A stretch of DNA of 64,000 bases, taken from contig CAKVHC010000003.1 in NCBI GenBank assembly GCA_934747805.1, positions 64,402 to 128,401 on the forward strand, read 5' to 3'. Under the pieces are notes generated by a model, which searched no databases, was not told the origin of the DNA, and worked only from the letters and a program-made list of their open reading frames with translations. This document shows positions 36,824 to 45,267 of this stretch, piece by piece (position 1 is the first letter of the stretch; each line of letters opens with the position of its first letter). This DNA comes from an uncultured Clostridia bacterium (GTDB lineage Bacteria > Bacillota > Clostridia > Christensenellales > UBA1242). Made by a program: the position numbers and the translations under genes.

Positions 36824-37414
36824 TTAGAAATCTCTGGTTCTATCGTATGCTTCTTGGTCTTTAACTTCTCTTTTAGTTTTAGAAACAGTGTCTTGAACTT
36901 CTTTTTTAGCTTTAGGAACAGTATTTGCTATTGCTCGTTCGAGTTTGGTGACGCATTTTACATCAACAATCTCGTTGCGATTATCATTACAGAATTCGTC
37001 TTCTTTATCGTCAATTCCTAAAGCCTTATAAAGTATTTTCTCGATTTTTTTCACTCTACCACTCTTATCGCCGCCACATCTTCTAATGAAATGGTCGAAA
37101 ACATCTCCTATTTGGTCACATTCAGTGAAAACATCGTGTCCAGTAAGGTCAGTTGCTCTTTTGCTATAAATGAGCGGACAAGCTACAGTAGTTTTTCCTG
37201 TACTACTCTTGATCTTATAAGCGTGGATCTCATAAGAATAACCGAGATCTTCAAAGATACGAGTTTCCAAACGACTTTCTACATCACAAATTTCTTTGCT
37301 CGTAAGGAACTTATATCTAGTTTCGTCATTATTCAAAATACCAAATTCCACTTTACCATCTTTGCCGATTACAGCACAAAGGTTTTTCAATTTAACTTTT
37401 TCGTTTTTGTTCAT
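36824..37414 (-). CDS. Hypothetical protein, tandem paralogue 1
   Basis: The true start is probably ATG 37414 (AGGAGGG RBS). The track's upstream extension translates the promoter. Shares the run SYEIHAYKIKSSTGKTTVACPLIY with paralogue 2. Confidence 0.55.
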   Translation of the reverse strand: MNKNEKVKLKNLCAVIGKDGKVEFGILNNDETRYKFLTSKEICDVESRLETRIFEDLGYSYEIHAYKIKSSTGKTTVACPLIYSKRATDLTGHDVFTECDQIGDVFDHFIRRCGGDKSGRVKKIEKILYKALGIDDKEDEFCNDNRNEIVDVKCVTKLERAIANTVPKAKKEVQDTVSKTKREVKDQEAYDRTRDF

Positions 37415-37439
37415 ACACCCTCCTAATTTTTGCAAGAGC

Positions 37440-37468
37440 ATTATAGCATATGCCAAAGTCGAATACAA
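37440..37468 (-). promoter_or_regulatory. Sigma-A promoter of paralogue 1
   Basis: Minus strand reads TTGTAT (37468-37463), a 17-nt spacer, TATAAT (37445-37440). Confidence 0.6.
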
Positions 37469-37486
37469 TACTTTTCTCAAAATTTA

Positions 37487-37518
37487 ATAAAAAAGCAGAC
37501 TATTAGGGTCTGCTTTTT
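37487..37518 (-). terminator. Terminator of cassette gene 2
   Basis: AAAGCAGAC/GTCTGCTTT stem with a 7-nt loop, flanked by A/T runs. Confidence 0.7.
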
Positions 37519-37528
37519 GTAATTAAAA

Positions 37529-38089
37529 TTAGAAACTTCTAGTTCTATCGTATGCTTCTTTGTCTTGGTCTAGGTCTTTTTTTCTAACCCCAGAAGCAGT
37601 ATTTGCGATTGCTTGTTCGAGTTTGGTAATGTATTCTACATCAACAATTTTGTTGCGATTATCATTACAGAATTCGTCTTTTTCATCGTCAATTCCTAAA
37701 GCCTTATAAAGTATGTTCTCGATTTTCTTTACTCTGTTAAGCTTATCATTACGACTTCTTTTGATGAAATGGTCGAAAATAGTGCATATTTGGTCATATT
37801 CAGTGAAAACATCGTGTCCAGTAAATGTGACAGTTTCTTTTTTTCGATAAATGAGCGGACAAGCTACAGTAGTTTTTCCTGTACTACTCTTGATCTTATA
37901 AGCGTGGATCTCATAAGAACAACCGAGATCTTCAACGTCATAGGTTTGCAATCCGCCTTTCACATTGCAAATCTCTTTGTCGGTAAAGAATTTAAATCTA
38001 GTACCTTCCTTGTTCAAAATGCCAAATTTCACATCACGACCTTTTTCGATTACGACCAAAAGGTCTTTCAATTTAACTTTTTCAGTCAT
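37529..38089 (-). CDS. Hypothetical protein, tandem paralogue 2
   Basis: ATG 38089 follows GGGAGGG. Colinear with paralogue 1 (same length class and conserved core). Confidence 0.55.
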   Translation of the reverse strand: MTEKVKLKDLLVVIEKGRDVKFGILNKEGTRFKFFTDKEICNVKGGLQTYDVEDLGCSYEIHAYKIKSSTGKTTVACPLIYRKKETVTFTGHDVFTEYDQICTIFDHFIKRSRNDKLNRVKKIENILYKALGIDDEKDEFCNDNRNKIVDVEYITKLEQAIANTASGVRKKDLDQDKEAYDRTRSF

Positions 38090-38114
38090 ACACCCTCCCA
38101 ATTTTTGCAAGAGC

Positions 38115-38143
38115 ATTATAGCAGATGCTAAAGTCGAATGCAA
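38115..38143 (-). promoter_or_regulatory. Sigma-A promoter of paralogue 2
   Basis: Minus strand reads TTGCAT (38143-38138), a 17-nt spacer, TATAAT (38120-38115). Confidence 0.6.
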
Positions 38144-38217
38144 TACTTTTTTTCAAATTTAATAAAAAAGCAGACCTTGTTAGGCTAACGTTAGTTCAAC
38201 AATGCAAGGAAGAATTT

Positions 38218-39027
38218 ATGCTTGGTTATGAAAAAATGTTGGAAATAATTAACCCTAGTGCTATACTGAGAACTATGATATTAAACAAATTAAATGAAGA
38301 GCAACTTAAAAGAACAAACAATTTAAAAGAGCGAAAGATATATGAATTTTTGCTGGATTCACGCAGAAATGAAAGGAAAAATAAATATATTTATGTTTTA
38401 ACATTAAATACAAATGAAAAAGTTGTGGCTCAGTTTGAAACCGAAATAGAGTTGGAAGAAATAATAAATGGACAGAAAGAAAAATACTGTGAATTGTCAT
38501 TTACAATATTAAACGTTGTGAAAAAGAATAAGAACAGCAAATTAAGAAAAAATAAGGTTCTATATTTTAATTATAGAAATGTTTTCACGGCATATGAATT
38601 ATTGGAAGATGACAGTAATCACACAGAAATTTTAACTAAAAATCAAATTTTAAAGTATAATTTTGAAGAATCATTCAGTATTCAAACGCTATACGATAAA
38701 ATTAATAGAACATTATGTATGCACCTATATTTTCACCCTTGGGCTCAAAAAGAAAAATTCAAACTTTCGCCAAAATCTGATTTGGAAATTCTATTAACTT
38801 TTTATAATGTTAAAAACGAAAAAGGTATTAAAAACAAAGATAACAGCGAGTGGGAAATTCGTGATACATATATCAAAGATGACAAAATCTGCTTTAAAAC
38901 AAGCGCTAATGACGATGATTTGCGTCTAGAAAAACTTGCTGAAATTAGTTTTGATTTTGATAAGGCAGAACTTAAAGTTGTTAAAGAAAAATATATTTAT
39001 TATTATAAAGGAAAATATGTGGACTAA
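38218..39027 (+). CDS. Hypothetical K/N/E-rich protein (AT-rich gene)
   Basis: ATG 38218 follows AAGGAAG. The track start 38125 would overlap the divergent promoter. No motif recognised. Confidence 0.45.
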   Translation: MLGYEKMLEIINPSAILRTMILNKLNEEQLKRTNNLKERKIYEFLLDSRRNERKNKYIYVLTLNTNEKVVAQFETEIELEEIINGQKEKYCELSFTILNVVKKNKNSKLRKNKVLYFNYRNVFTAYELLEDDSNHTEILTKNQILKYNFEESFSIQTLYDKINRTLCMHLYFHPWAQKEKFKLSPKSDLEILLTFYNVKNEKGIKNKDNSEWEIRDTYIKDDKICFKTSANDDDLRLEKLAEISFDFDKAELKVVKEKYIYYYKGKYVD

Positions 39028-39035
39028 TTTTAAGT

Positions 39036-39091
39036 CATATATTTCGGATGGCAACGAAGTTGACGGGGTCCCGAATACAAGTGAGAGCCCG
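39036..39091. ncRNA. Candidate structured element, copy 2 (conserved with 33391-33449)
   Basis: Same sequence frame as copy 1, with only transition differences and one 3-nt indel. Lies between the 38218 gene and the tRNA-operon terminator. Confidence 0.35.
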
Positions 39092-39108
39092 ACAAAACCG
39101 AAAAGAAA

Positions 39109-39137
39109 ATAAAAAAAACAGACTATGCTAGTCTGCT
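39109..39137 (-). terminator. Terminator of the tRNA Val-Gly-Cys-Leu operon
   Basis: CAGACT/AGTCTG stem. The minus strand is followed by 8 T. Same hairpin family as the cassette terminators. Confidence 0.65.
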
Positions 39138-39152
39138 TTGTTTGAAATAAGT

Positions 39153-39240
39153 TGGTGCCGATGGTCGGACTCGAACCGACATGGAGTTTGCACCCCGAAG
39201 GATTTTAAGTCCTTTGCGTCTGCCATTTCGCCACATCGGC
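39153..39240 (-). tRNA. tRNA-Leu (anticodon TAA)
   Basis: Acceptor GCCGATG/CATCGGC, anticodon loop CTTAAAA, long variable arm, CCA. Confidence 0.9.
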
Positions 39241-39245
39241 TCATT

Positions 39246-39320
39246 TGGAGGCACCACCCAGACTCGAACTGGGGAATAAGGGTTTTGCAGACCCTTGCCT
39301 TACCACTTGGCGATGGTGCC
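39246..39320 (-). tRNA. tRNA-Cys (anticodon GCA)
   Basis: Acceptor GGCACCA, anticodon loop CTGCAAA, discriminator U, CCA. Confidence 0.9.
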
Positions 39321-39368
39321 AGACAATAATTTATATGCACGTACAAAGTTTTCTGTTATATAAAAAAA

Positions 39369-39443
39369 TGGAGCGGAAGACGAGATTCGAACTCGCGACA
39401 TTTACCTTGGCAAGGTAACGCTCTACCACTGAGCCACTCCCGC
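39369..39443 (-). tRNA. tRNA-Gly (anticodon GCC)
   Basis: Acceptor GCGGGAG, anticodon loop TTGCCAA, canonical T-loop TTCGAAT, CCA. Confidence 0.9.
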
Positions 39444-39450
39444 ATAATAT

Positions 39451-39526
39451 TGGTGGGAACTATAGGGATCGAACCTATGACAATCTGCTTGTAAGGCAGG
39501 CGCTCTCCCAGCTGAGCTAAGCTCCC
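39451..39526 (-). tRNA. tRNA-Val (anticodon TAC)
   Basis: Acceptor GGGAGCT, anticodon loop CTTACAA, T-loop TTCGATC, CCA. Confidence 0.85.
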
Positions 39527-39547
39527 ATATGTGCTGTTGACTTTTCA

Positions 39548-39576
39548 AATATACCATAACTGAAAAAGTGTGTCAA
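39548..39576 (-). promoter_or_regulatory. Sigma-A promoter of the tRNA Val-Gly-Cys-Leu operon
   Basis: Minus strand reads TTGACA (39576-39571), a 17-nt spacer, TATATT (39553-39548). Confidence 0.65.
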
Positions 39577-39594
39577 CAGTTTTTCACGCATTTT

Positions 39595-40200
39595 TTAAAA
39601 TTTTTCGTCCAAATTTTGTTGAGCCCTGCCAAACTCGCAACCGCAGTAGTGCTGGCGGTAGATATTCAATTTCTCGCACAGACGTAAACTATGTAAATAG
39701 CCATCCTTCTTCTTGAAATCGGAAACGAGATAATTAATTTTGAACTCTTGCGCCAATTTTAAACCTGTTTGGTTGATGAATTCGGCGTCTTTCATAGGGC
39801 TGGACGTTAGAGTAGTGGCGACATAGTCAAAGCCGTTGTCCTTGGCATATTCAAATGCTTTTGCCAAACGCAAAGCGATACAGCCTTTGCAACGCAATCC
39901 GCCTTCACGCTCGTCAGCCAGGTGCGAAAGCTTGCTCAAAAACTCGCTGTGCTCGTATTTCTGTGCCACCAGTCTAAACTCAAACACGCTTTTAAGTTTA
40001 TCAAACTGGGCGAGTCGCAGGTCAAATTCCTCAACGCTGTCGATATTGGGGTTGTAAAAGTATAGCGTGACGTCAAAATACTTGTCCAATTTTTCCAGCG
40101 CAGAAATGGAGCAGGGCGCACAGCAGGCGTGCAACAAAAGGCGAGGTTTGCTCACCAAATTTGCAATCACATTTTCCATTTCTTTTTGATAATTTGTCAC
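39595..40200 (-). CDS. queH: Epoxyqueuosine reductase QueH (DUF208)
   Basis: LLLHACCAPCS N-terminal Cys motif and C-terminal YRQHYCGCEF. GTG start after GCGGAG. Confidence 0.85.
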   Translation of the reverse strand: MTNYQKEMENVIANLVSKPRLLLHACCAPCSISALEKLDKYFDVTLYFYNPNIDSVEEFDLRLAQFDKLKSVFEFRLVAQKYEHSEFLSKLSHLADEREGGLRCKGCIALRLAKAFEYAKDNGFDYVATTLTSSPMKDAEFINQTGLKLAQEFKINYLVSDFKKKDGYLHSLRLCEKLNIYRQHYCGCEFGRAQQNLDEKF

Positions 40201-40355
40201 TTTAGCTCCGCTTTAGACTAGAAATCTAACATTACAACCCATAGAATATATCATGAAAACGCTTTTGTCAAATGCTATTTTTCACCAAATTTTCACAAAG
40301 GTATTGACATTTAGTATTTTATATAATAATATTTAGTTATAGAGGAAGGGGTTTT

Positions 40356-40664
40356 ATGAAAAATTTCTTGTATTTTATGTTATATCTCTGCTGTTTTGTA
40401 TTGTTGGCATCGCTATTGCTAGCATACTTGCCAGCCGACATTGTTGCCAAAATTCCAGCGAAGGTCTTGGACATTGTCAACAATTACGTTTTGCCTTATG
40501 GCGCATTGGCAACTTCTGGCTTGTTTGGTTGCATCTACTTGTTTGGCAAGAGCCCACTCAAGATGATTCTTTTCATCTTGCACTGCATCATAGTTGCCGC
40601 TTTGGTTATTGCCATCTTCTTCCCAGAAACTTGGGCAAAGATTCTCAATGTCTTTGTAAAATAG
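40356..40664 (+). CDS. Small hypothetical membrane protein
   Basis: 102 aa with three hydrophobic helices. GAGGAAGGGG RBS. Confidence 0.55.
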   Translation: MKNFLYFMLYLCCFVLLASLLLAYLPADIVAKIPAKVLDIVNNYVLPYGALATSGLFGCIYLFGKSPLKMILFILHCIIVAALVIAIFFPETWAKILNVFVK

Positions 40665-40844
40665 ACGAGCATAACTAACAAGATTTAACTCAGTCAGCCG
40701 ATTGATTAGTTTTTAGTCGGCTGATTTTGTTGTTTAAGGTGATGAATGCGTACACAAATATGTGCCTTCAAATTCCTAATTTTGCACGAATATTAGATTT
40801 TTCAAATTATTTAACCATTTGAACAAAAATTTTGTAAAAAATAA

Positions 40845-40873
40845 TTGACAAAACGCATTTTTAAATATATTAT
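40845..40873 (+). promoter_or_regulatory. Sigma-A promoter of tRNA-Gln(UUG)
   Basis: TTGACA 40845-40850, a 17-nt spacer, TATTAT 40868-40873. Confidence 0.65.
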
Positions 40874-40885
40874 GTAAAAAGTCGA

Positions 40886-40960
40886 TGGGGTATCGCCAAG
40901 CGGTAAGGCACTAGACTTTGACTCTAGTATCCGCTGGTTCGAATCCAGCTACCCCAGCCA
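40886..40960 (+). tRNA. tRNA-Gln (anticodon TTG)
   Basis: UGGGGUA acceptor, anticodon loop CTTTGAC, T-loop TTCGAAT, CCA. Confidence 0.9.
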
Positions 40961-41126
40961 GTTGTGGGGATATGTCGAACTAAACCACAGCCAAAGTGAG
41001 TGCAGGTCACTCGCTTTTTTATTTGTAGCTGGATTGTGTTGCTGTTCGCAACACTTTTGGCTAATTGCCAAAACGAACCAGCATGCTTTGAATTATATTT
41101 TTTCATCTCGCTAACAAAAAAATGCT

Positions 41127-42197
41127 CTAGTTTGAGCATTTTTTCATATTAGTTAAAATTAATTTAATAGTTTTGTTTTTTCCGTTTGGGAGCTTTAGCT
41201 TTTCAATGTTGGAATTGTATTTTTCCAAGTTGTTAGAGATTTTGTTTAGCTTATCTAATAGGCATTTAGTGTTAAGTTCATCCTGTCTTATTATCTCAAC
41301 AACGCCACGTTCGGCGAAATAGTTCGCATTTTGCAGTTGGTCACCACGACTTGCCTTATTTTCAAGCGGCACAAGGAGTAGGGGCTTGTGAGAATACAGG
41401 CTCTCGAAAATCACGCCAGCCCCAGCACGCCCCAGCACAATGTCGCACACGGCATACAAATCGCTCATATTGTTAGAATAATCCAGCACGTTGTAGTTGC
41501 CTTCCGCTTTATATAGCCCCGCATTTTTCTTGCCCACGATGTGAATTACGTTGTAGTTGCGTTCCAGTTCGGTTTTGGCCTCATAAAGTTTGTCGTTCAA
41601 AAACACCGACCCTTGCGAACCGCCCACCACAAGTATAGTTTTCTTGTTTTTGTCCAAATTTAATGACGGCTGAGTCATAGACCTTTTGCCAAAACTATCT
41701 GGCAAAATTGGTCCAGTGTAGACAATTTTGTCACCATTCACCAAATGCGAGTAGTTGACGCACATTTTGTTGCAGTTGCGCATAATGAGTTTGTTCGCCA
41801 ATCCGAACGAAAAGTCGCTCTCGTGTGAGATTACAGGGACTTTAAGTTTGCGGCCAGCCATACATACAGGCAGTGCCACATAACCGCCTTTGGAGAATAT
41901 TATATTTGGCTTTACTTCTCGCAAAATCCGTTTGCATTGACACACACTTTTCATGAGCACAAATGGAATTTTTAGGTTTTGCCAAAATTTTCCACGCACC
42001 AATTTACACGAATCCACCGCATAATATCTTACGCCGTACTTTTGACACACGTCACGCTCCAGTCCAGTTTTCGAGCCAATGTATATAATGTTATCAAAAT
42101 GTTTTTTCAGCTCAGGCAGGAGATAAAAGTTGGGCATACAGTGCCCAGCCGTGCCACCGCCAGTGAGCACAATTGTTGTAGAATTTTTGTTTTTCAT
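41127..42197 (-). CDS. murG: MurG-type glycosyltransferase (family 28)
   Basis: IVLTGGGTAGHCMP G-loop, 356 aa, and a C-terminal GT-B pattern (GRAGAGVIFE). Confidence 0.75.
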   Translation of the reverse strand: MKNKNSTTIVLTGGGTAGHCMPNFYLLPELKKHFDNIIYIGSKTGLERDVCQKYGVRYYAVDSCKLVRGKFWQNLKIPFVLMKSVCQCKRILREVKPNIIFSKGGYVALPVCMAGRKLKVPVISHESDFSFGLANKLIMRNCNKMCVNYSHLVNGDKIVYTGPILPDSFGKRSMTQPSLNLDKNKKTILVVGGSQGSVFLNDKLYEAKTELERNYNVIHIVGKKNAGLYKAEGNYNVLDYSNNMSDLYAVCDIVLGRAGAGVIFESLYSHKPLLLVPLENKASRGDQLQNANYFAERGVVEIIRQDELNTKCLLDKLNKISNNLEKYNSNIEKLKLPNGKNKTIKLILTNMKKCSN

Positions 42198-42249
42198 AAT
42201 ATATTTTTATGTAAAAGGCAAAAAAATATAATATTTCGCCTAAAATTTA

Positions 42250-42278
42250 TTGACAAGACAAAACTTGTGAGTTATAAT
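42250..42278 (+). promoter_or_regulatory. Perfect-consensus sigma-A promoter upstream of the tRNA-Lys locus
   Basis: TTGACA 42250-42255, a 17-nt spacer, TATAAT 42273-42278. Confidence 0.75.
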
Positions 42279-42295
42279 CACAAAGTACGATCAAT

Positions 42296-42316
42296 ATGGA
42301 CCATTAGCTCAGTTGG
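42296..42316 (+). repeat. Copy of the first 19 nt of tRNA-Lys plus 2 upstream nt
   Basis: ATGGACCATTAGCTCAGTTGG is identical to 42461-42481. It diverges in the D-loop. Confidence 0.85.
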
Positions 42317-42460
42317 GGCGAAGTGTTAAATCAAGTTGCCGGTGGCAAGTTGATAGCCAGAGCCGACGAGTCGACTTGCGACGAAGGCCGGAAGAGCTCG
42401 CTCTACCAATTCGCTATAGTCTGTGTACAAGTCAAACTAAATAAACACCATATAACTATT
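42317..42460 (+). ncRNA. Transcribed structured spacer of unknown nature between the tRNA-Lys 5' fragment and tRNA-Lys
   Basis: Downstream of a consensus promoter. 11-bp hairpin ATCAAGTTGCC-GGT-GGCAAGTTGAT (42330-42354). Possible closing helix GGCGAA (42317-42322) / TTCGCT (42409-42414). Confidence 0.3.
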
Positions 42461-42462
42461 AT

Positions 42463-42538
42463 GGACCATTAGCTCAGTTGGTAGAGCACGCGACTCTTAA
42501 TCGTGTTGTCCGGAGTTCGAGTCTCCGATGGTCCACCA
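42463..42538 (+). tRNA. tRNA-Lys (anticodon CTT)
   Basis: Acceptor GGACCAT/ATGGTCC, anticodon loop CTCTTAA, T-loop TTCGAGT, CCA. Confidence 0.9.
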
Positions 42539-42687
42539 GAATTCAACTTAACAAAAGACAATAGATAATTCCACAATTATCTGTATTTACTTGGCATATT
42601 GTGTCAAGTTGACGAGATTTTTATAATCTTGCTTGTTTTGTTGATTTTACAAATATATAATTATGTTTACAATAGAAAGGAAATATT

Positions 42688-44658
42688 ATGGAAAATAAAG
42701 AAAATATACAAAACTTAGTTGCAGAGTCGGTTGCACCAGTGCTAGACCACACAAACGCAGCCAATCGACCAATAAGCAACACTAAAAGACAACCACGTAT
42801 GCCAAAAGAAAAGGTGACGGCGGCTAACAATCACACACGTATGGACAGAGCCAATTGCCGTCAAAACGTGGCAAAGCAAAAAGCAAACAAAAAGCCAGCA
42901 CAAAACAAAATTGCGGACAATGTTGAAGAGAATGTGGTGGCAGAATTTTCACCAATCAATCGTACAATGCGCACACTAAACATTGCCGACAAACGTCAAA
43001 AAAAGACGGACAATTTAAAGATAATGTTCTTGGGTGGCGTAGGCGAAATCGGTAAAAATATGACCGTTTTTGAGTATAAAAACGACATTTTCGTGCTTGA
43101 TTGCGGACTCATTTTCCCAAGTGACGATATGCTCGGCATTGACCTAGTCGTGCCAGACATCACATATTTGGAGGAGAATAAGGATCGTATTCGTGGCATA
43201 GTGATTACTCACGCTCACGAAGACCACATCGGTGCACTTCCATATGTGCTAGACACTATCAAAGCACCAGTTTACGGCTCAAAAATGACACTTGGCTTCA
43301 TTGCTCGAAAGTTTGAAGAGTATCGCAAAATCAGTTACAAGGCGACCGCTGTGAAAGAGGGTCAAAAGATTAAACTCGGTTGTTTTGAAATCGAGTTCAT
43401 TCACGTCAACCACTCAATTCCGGGAGCATTTGGTGTGGCAATCAAGACACCAGTAGGCATGGTAGTTCACACAGGCGACTTCAAGATTGACTTTTGTCCA
43501 ATCAAGGACGAGCCGCTTGACCTCAACCGCTTTGCCGAGATTGGCAATCAAGGGGTTTTGCTCTATATGGCAGACTCCACCAACGCTGATCGTCCGGGCT
43601 ATTCACTCAGTGAGTCGGTTGTCAAACACACAATGGAACAACTCTTTGAAGAGCACAAAGACCGCCGTATCATCGTGGCAACCTTTGCCAGCAACTTACA
43701 CCGTTTGCAAGAAATTATGCGTATAGCAGGTCAGCACAACCGCAAGGTTATGTTTGCAGGCCGTAGTATGATTGCCAACACTGACGTTGCAGCCAAAATT
43801 GGCGAAATGGAAGTGGATAAGAAAAACATTGTAGATATAGATAAGGTGAACAAACTTGCAGACAACGAAGTTTGCATCTTCTGCACAGGCAGTCAAGGTG
43901 AACCAATGAGTGCACTTAGCCGTATGGCATCTGGCGAGTTCAAAGGCCTTACAATCGGCGACAATGATACAATCATTTTCTCATCATCGCCAATTCCGGG
44001 CAATGAACGTGCAATCACCAACACCATCAATGCACTTATGGCAATGGGTGCAAAGATTATCTACAACCAGCTTGCCGACGTACACGCATCAGGCCACGCA
44101 AAGCAAGAAGAATTGAAGACAATGTTGTCTATTATCAAACCTAAGTATTTCATTCCAGTGCATGGTGAGATTTGTCACCTAATGGCGCACAAACAACTTG
44201 CTACATCAATGCGTATGGACGAAAGGAACATAATAATCGCATCTCTTGGCGACAAAGTGGAAGTCAATAAAAACTTCTTCCGCACAACAGGCAGTGTACC
44301 TTTCGGCAGCCGATTGATTGACGGCTCGGGCGTAGGTGAGATGGATAGCAATGTTTTGCGTGAACGTAAGCAGCTTAGCGAAGACGGACTTTGTGTCATC
44401 ATTCTCAATATCAACACCAAGACAGCCAGCCTATGTGCACGTCCAGAGATTATGTCACGTGGTTTCACTTATCAGGGCGAAGCAGAAGTGTGGCTGAACG
44501 AAGCAAAAGAGAATATTATCAACAGTTGTGAGTCGGTTGACCTAACAACAAGAGATTATCAACAACTTAAACTCACAGTGAAGAAAAATCTAACTAATTT
44601 CTTAAACAAACGTTTGCAACGTAAACCACTCATCATCCCAATCATTGTGGAGAGTTAG
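42688..44658 (+). CDS. rnj: Ribonuclease J with ~100-aa basic N-terminal extension
   Basis: KIMFLGGVGEIGKNMTVFEY, the ITHAHEDHIGALPY metallo-beta-lactamase motif and a beta-CASP region. Good RBS at 42688. Confidence 0.9.
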   Translation: MENKENIQNLVAESVAPVLDHTNAANRPISNTKRQPRMPKEKVTAANNHTRMDRANCRQNVAKQKANKKPAQNKIADNVEENVVAEFSPINRTMRTLNIADKRQKKTDNLKIMFLGGVGEIGKNMTVFEYKNDIFVLDCGLIFPSDDMLGIDLVVPDITYLEENKDRIRGIVITHAHEDHIGALPYVLDTIKAPVYGSKMTLGFIARKFEEYRKISYKATAVKEGQKIKLGCFEIEFIHVNHSIPGAFGVAIKTPVGMVVHTGDFKIDFCPIKDEPLDLNRFAEIGNQGVLLYMADSTNADRPGYSLSESVVKHTMEQLFEEHKDRRIIVATFASNLHRLQEIMRIAGQHNRKVMFAGRSMIANTDVAAKIGEMEVDKKNIVDIDKVNKLADNEVCIFCTGSQGEPMSALSRMASGEFKGLTIGDNDTIIFSSSPIPGNERAITNTINALMAMGAKIIYNQLADVHASGHAKQEELKTMLSIIKPKYFIPVHGEICHLMAHKQLATSMRMDERNIIIASLGDKVEVNKNFFRTTGSVPFGSRLIDGSGVGEMDSNVLRERKQLSEDGLCVIILNINTKTASLCARPEIMSRGFTYQGEAEVWLNEAKENIINSCESVDLTTRDYQQLKLTVKKNLTNFLNKRLQRKPLIIPIIVES

Positions 44659-44659
44659 A

Positions 44660-45259
44660 ATGGCGGACAATATCGATTTGTTGCACCAAATTAATAGCTA
44701 CGGCAGGGCAAATAAAGTTCCAATCATTTTGGACGAAAGTTTGCCCTTGCTTTGTTCCACAATACGCAAACATGGAGCGAAACGCATCTTGGAAATAGGC
44801 ACGGCAATAGGATATAGTGCAATTGCAATGGCAAGCGAGTGCAAGGTCGAGCATATCACCACACTTGAACTCGACACTAAAAGATTTGACATTGCCCAAC
44901 AAAACATTGCCAAATCTAATTTGAATGGTATAATAGAAGCAATCAATATTGATGCAATGCAATATTTACAGTCATGTGACCAGAAATTCGATTTCGTTTT
45001 CTTGGACGGAGCAAAAGGTCAGTACATACACTATTTGCCATATTTAAAGCAAGTGCTCAATGACGGCGGACTCATTTTCGCAGACAATGTGTATTTCAAA
45101 GGCATGGTCAATGGCAAAATACCAGTCTCTAAAGGCGTAAAGACCATGGTAAACAATCTTCGAGCCTATTTGACGGCGGTCACGTCCGACCCTGAACTCA
45201 AGACTGAAGTGTTGGACATTGGCGACGGCATTGCAATCAGTCAAAAGATAAAAGTATAG
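44660..45259 (+). CDS. trmR: Class I SAM-dependent O-methyltransferase, YrrM/TrmR-like
   Basis: ILEIGTAIGYSAI SAM motif and FDFVFLDGAK. Immediately upstream of a U32 peptidase, as in B. subtilis yrrM-yrrN-yrrO. Confidence 0.6.
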   Translation: MADNIDLLHQINSYGRANKVPIILDESLPLLCSTIRKHGAKRILEIGTAIGYSAIAMASECKVEHITTLELDTKRFDIAQQNIAKSNLNGIIEAINIDAMQYLQSCDQKFDFVFLDGAKGQYIHYLPYLKQVLNDGGLIFADNVYFKGMVNGKIPVSKGVKTMVNNLRAYLTAVTSDPELKTEVLDIGDGIAISQKIKV

Positions 45260-45267
45260 GAGTAAAA

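Noticed and set aside
37415-37480. N-terminal extensions of the two cassette paralogues (MRKVLYSTLAYAIMLLQKLGGC / MHSTLASAIMLLQKLGGC) and the 38125-38217 extension of the divergent gene.
   Set aside because: These stretches are the conserved promoter and leader DNA (-35, -10, RBS) read as protein. Internal ATGs with AGGAGGG, GGGAGGG or AAGGAAG RBSs are better starts.
39128-39346. Track ORFs 39128-39346(-) and 39138-39329(+), plus 19016-19216(-) and 40924-41139(-).
   Set aside because: They overlap the tRNA-Leu/Cys and tRNA-Gln genes, so they are spurious.
40201-40300. Possible preQ1 riboswitch upstream of queH.
   Set aside because: I read both strands and found no preQ1-I/II/III-like core (no conserved ...CUAG...CCC...AAAAAACUA pattern).
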